Assembly: GCA_049295615.1 (NCBI GenBank)
Contig: JBAQQZ010000070.1
Coordinates: forward strand, 11,265 to 75,264
Origin: Patescibacteria group bacterium
GTDB taxonomy: Bacteria > Patescibacteriota > Patescibacteriia > 2-12-FULL-60-25
DNA: 64,000 bases
Direction of reading: 5' to 3'
The translations under genes and the position numbers were made by a program. The notes under the pieces are model-generated. The model worked only from the letters and a program-made list of their open reading frames with translations. It made no database searches and was not told the origin of the DNA. This document shows positions 63,252-64,000 of the stretch, one piece after another; within the stretch, counting starts at the first letter, position 1; each line of letters opens with the position of its first letter.

Positions 63252-64000
63252 TTACAGCATTGGCTTCAAATATTTTCCGGTGACCGAGGCTTTCGCCTTC
63301 ACGATTTCTTCTGGCGTCCCTTCGGCCACGATCTCGCCGCCATATAATCCACCTTCCGGACCCATATCGACGACGTAATCCGCGGACTTCACGATGTCGA
63401 GGTTGTGTTCGATCACGAGGACGGTGTTCCCCTTGTCGACGAGTGCTTGCAGCACGACGAGCAAACGCTTGATGTCGTCGAAGTGCAGGCCGGTCGTCGG
63501 TTCATCCAATATGTATAGCGTCTTGCCGGTCGCGCGGCGCGAGAGTTCGGTCGACAGTTTGACGCGTTGCGCTTCACCGCCGGAAAGTGTCGTCGCAGGT
63601 TGGCCGAGGCGGACATAGCCGAGGCCGACTTCGTGCAGCACCGACAACTTTTCGTAGATCAACGGCTGGTCGACGAAGAAGCGGCGCGCTTCTTCGACCG
63701 TCATGTCGAGGACGTCGGCGATGGTCTTGCCGCGCCAGTGGATTTCGAGCGCTTCGCGGTTATAGCGCTTGCCGCGGCACTCGGTGCATTCCACATACAC
63801 GTCGGGCAAGAATTGCATCTCGATCTGGATGTAGCCTTCGCCAGCACAGGCTTCGCAACGCCCGCCGCCTTTGACGTTGAACGAGAATTTTCCGGCATCA
63901 TAGCCGCGCATCTTGGCTTCCGGAATTTCGGTGAACAGGTCTCGGATGGCGGTGAACACGCCGGTATACGTGGCAGGATTCGAGCGCGGCGTGCGGCCGA
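63252..64000 (-). CDS. uvrA: Excinuclease ABC subunit A, C-terminal part (gene continues beyond the window edge)
   Basis: [65 protein letters not shown]. The frame stays open to position 64000. Confidence 0.93.
   Translation of the reverse strand, partial: GRTPRSNPATYTGVFTAIRDLFTEIPEAKMRGYDAGKFSFNVKGGGRCEACAGEGYIQIEMQFLPDVYVECTECRGKRYNREALEIHWRGKTIADVLDMTVEEARRFFVDQPLIYEKLSVLHEVGLGYVRLGQPATTLSGGEAQRVKLSTELSRRATGKTLYILDEPTTGLHFDDIKRLLVVLQALVDKGNTVLVIEHNLDIVKSADYVVDMGPEGGLYGGEIVAEGTPEEIVKAKASVTGKYLKPML

Overview
GC-rich (about 55-60% by eye), gene-dense bacterial chromosomal window. Its backbone is the minus-strand str/S10/spc ribosomal super-operon: rpsL-rpsG-[insert]-fusA // tuf-rpsJ-[358-nt spacer]-rplC...rpsE-rplO-secY-[2 inserts]-adk-map. 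Other housekeeping genes are aspS, asnS, scpAB, recO, ruvX, ndk, nusB, rnc, rnhB, ppa, rluD, cmk, rplS, rpmB, hup and a uvrA fragment. There are eight tRNA genes, all with encoded CCA, and no rRNA, CRISPR array, transposase or integrase. Three features suggest a Patescibacteria/CPR-like organism, which is an inference only: no L30 gene between rpsE and rplO, an archaeal-type CMP kinase, and a DUF4012/giant surface-protein cluster.

Main findings:
1. A translationally coupled pair (39692-41139): a small Cys-containing protein plus a 417-aa protein whose C-terminus carries all RelA/SpoT synthetase signatures. This is a toxSAS-like candidate toxin-antitoxin/defence cassette. It is followed by an unclassified 197-nt closed-helix RNA-like element and a Nudix hydrolase.
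2. A ~4.5-kb mixed-orientation accessory island between fusA and tuf. It holds an AT-rich HNH homing-endonuclease cassette, a HIT gene with one in-frame TAG, a 2H phosphoesterase and orphan ORFs.
3. A structured 358-nt spacer with a terminator-like hairpin between rpsJ and rplC.
4. An ileX-like tRNA with a UAU anticodon.
5. A presenilin/SPP-like GxGD membrane protease between secY and adk.

Limits: all calls come from reading the sequence and ORF track, with no database search. Start codons are inferred from ATG/SD context and operon packing. Function calls rest on remembered family motifs.
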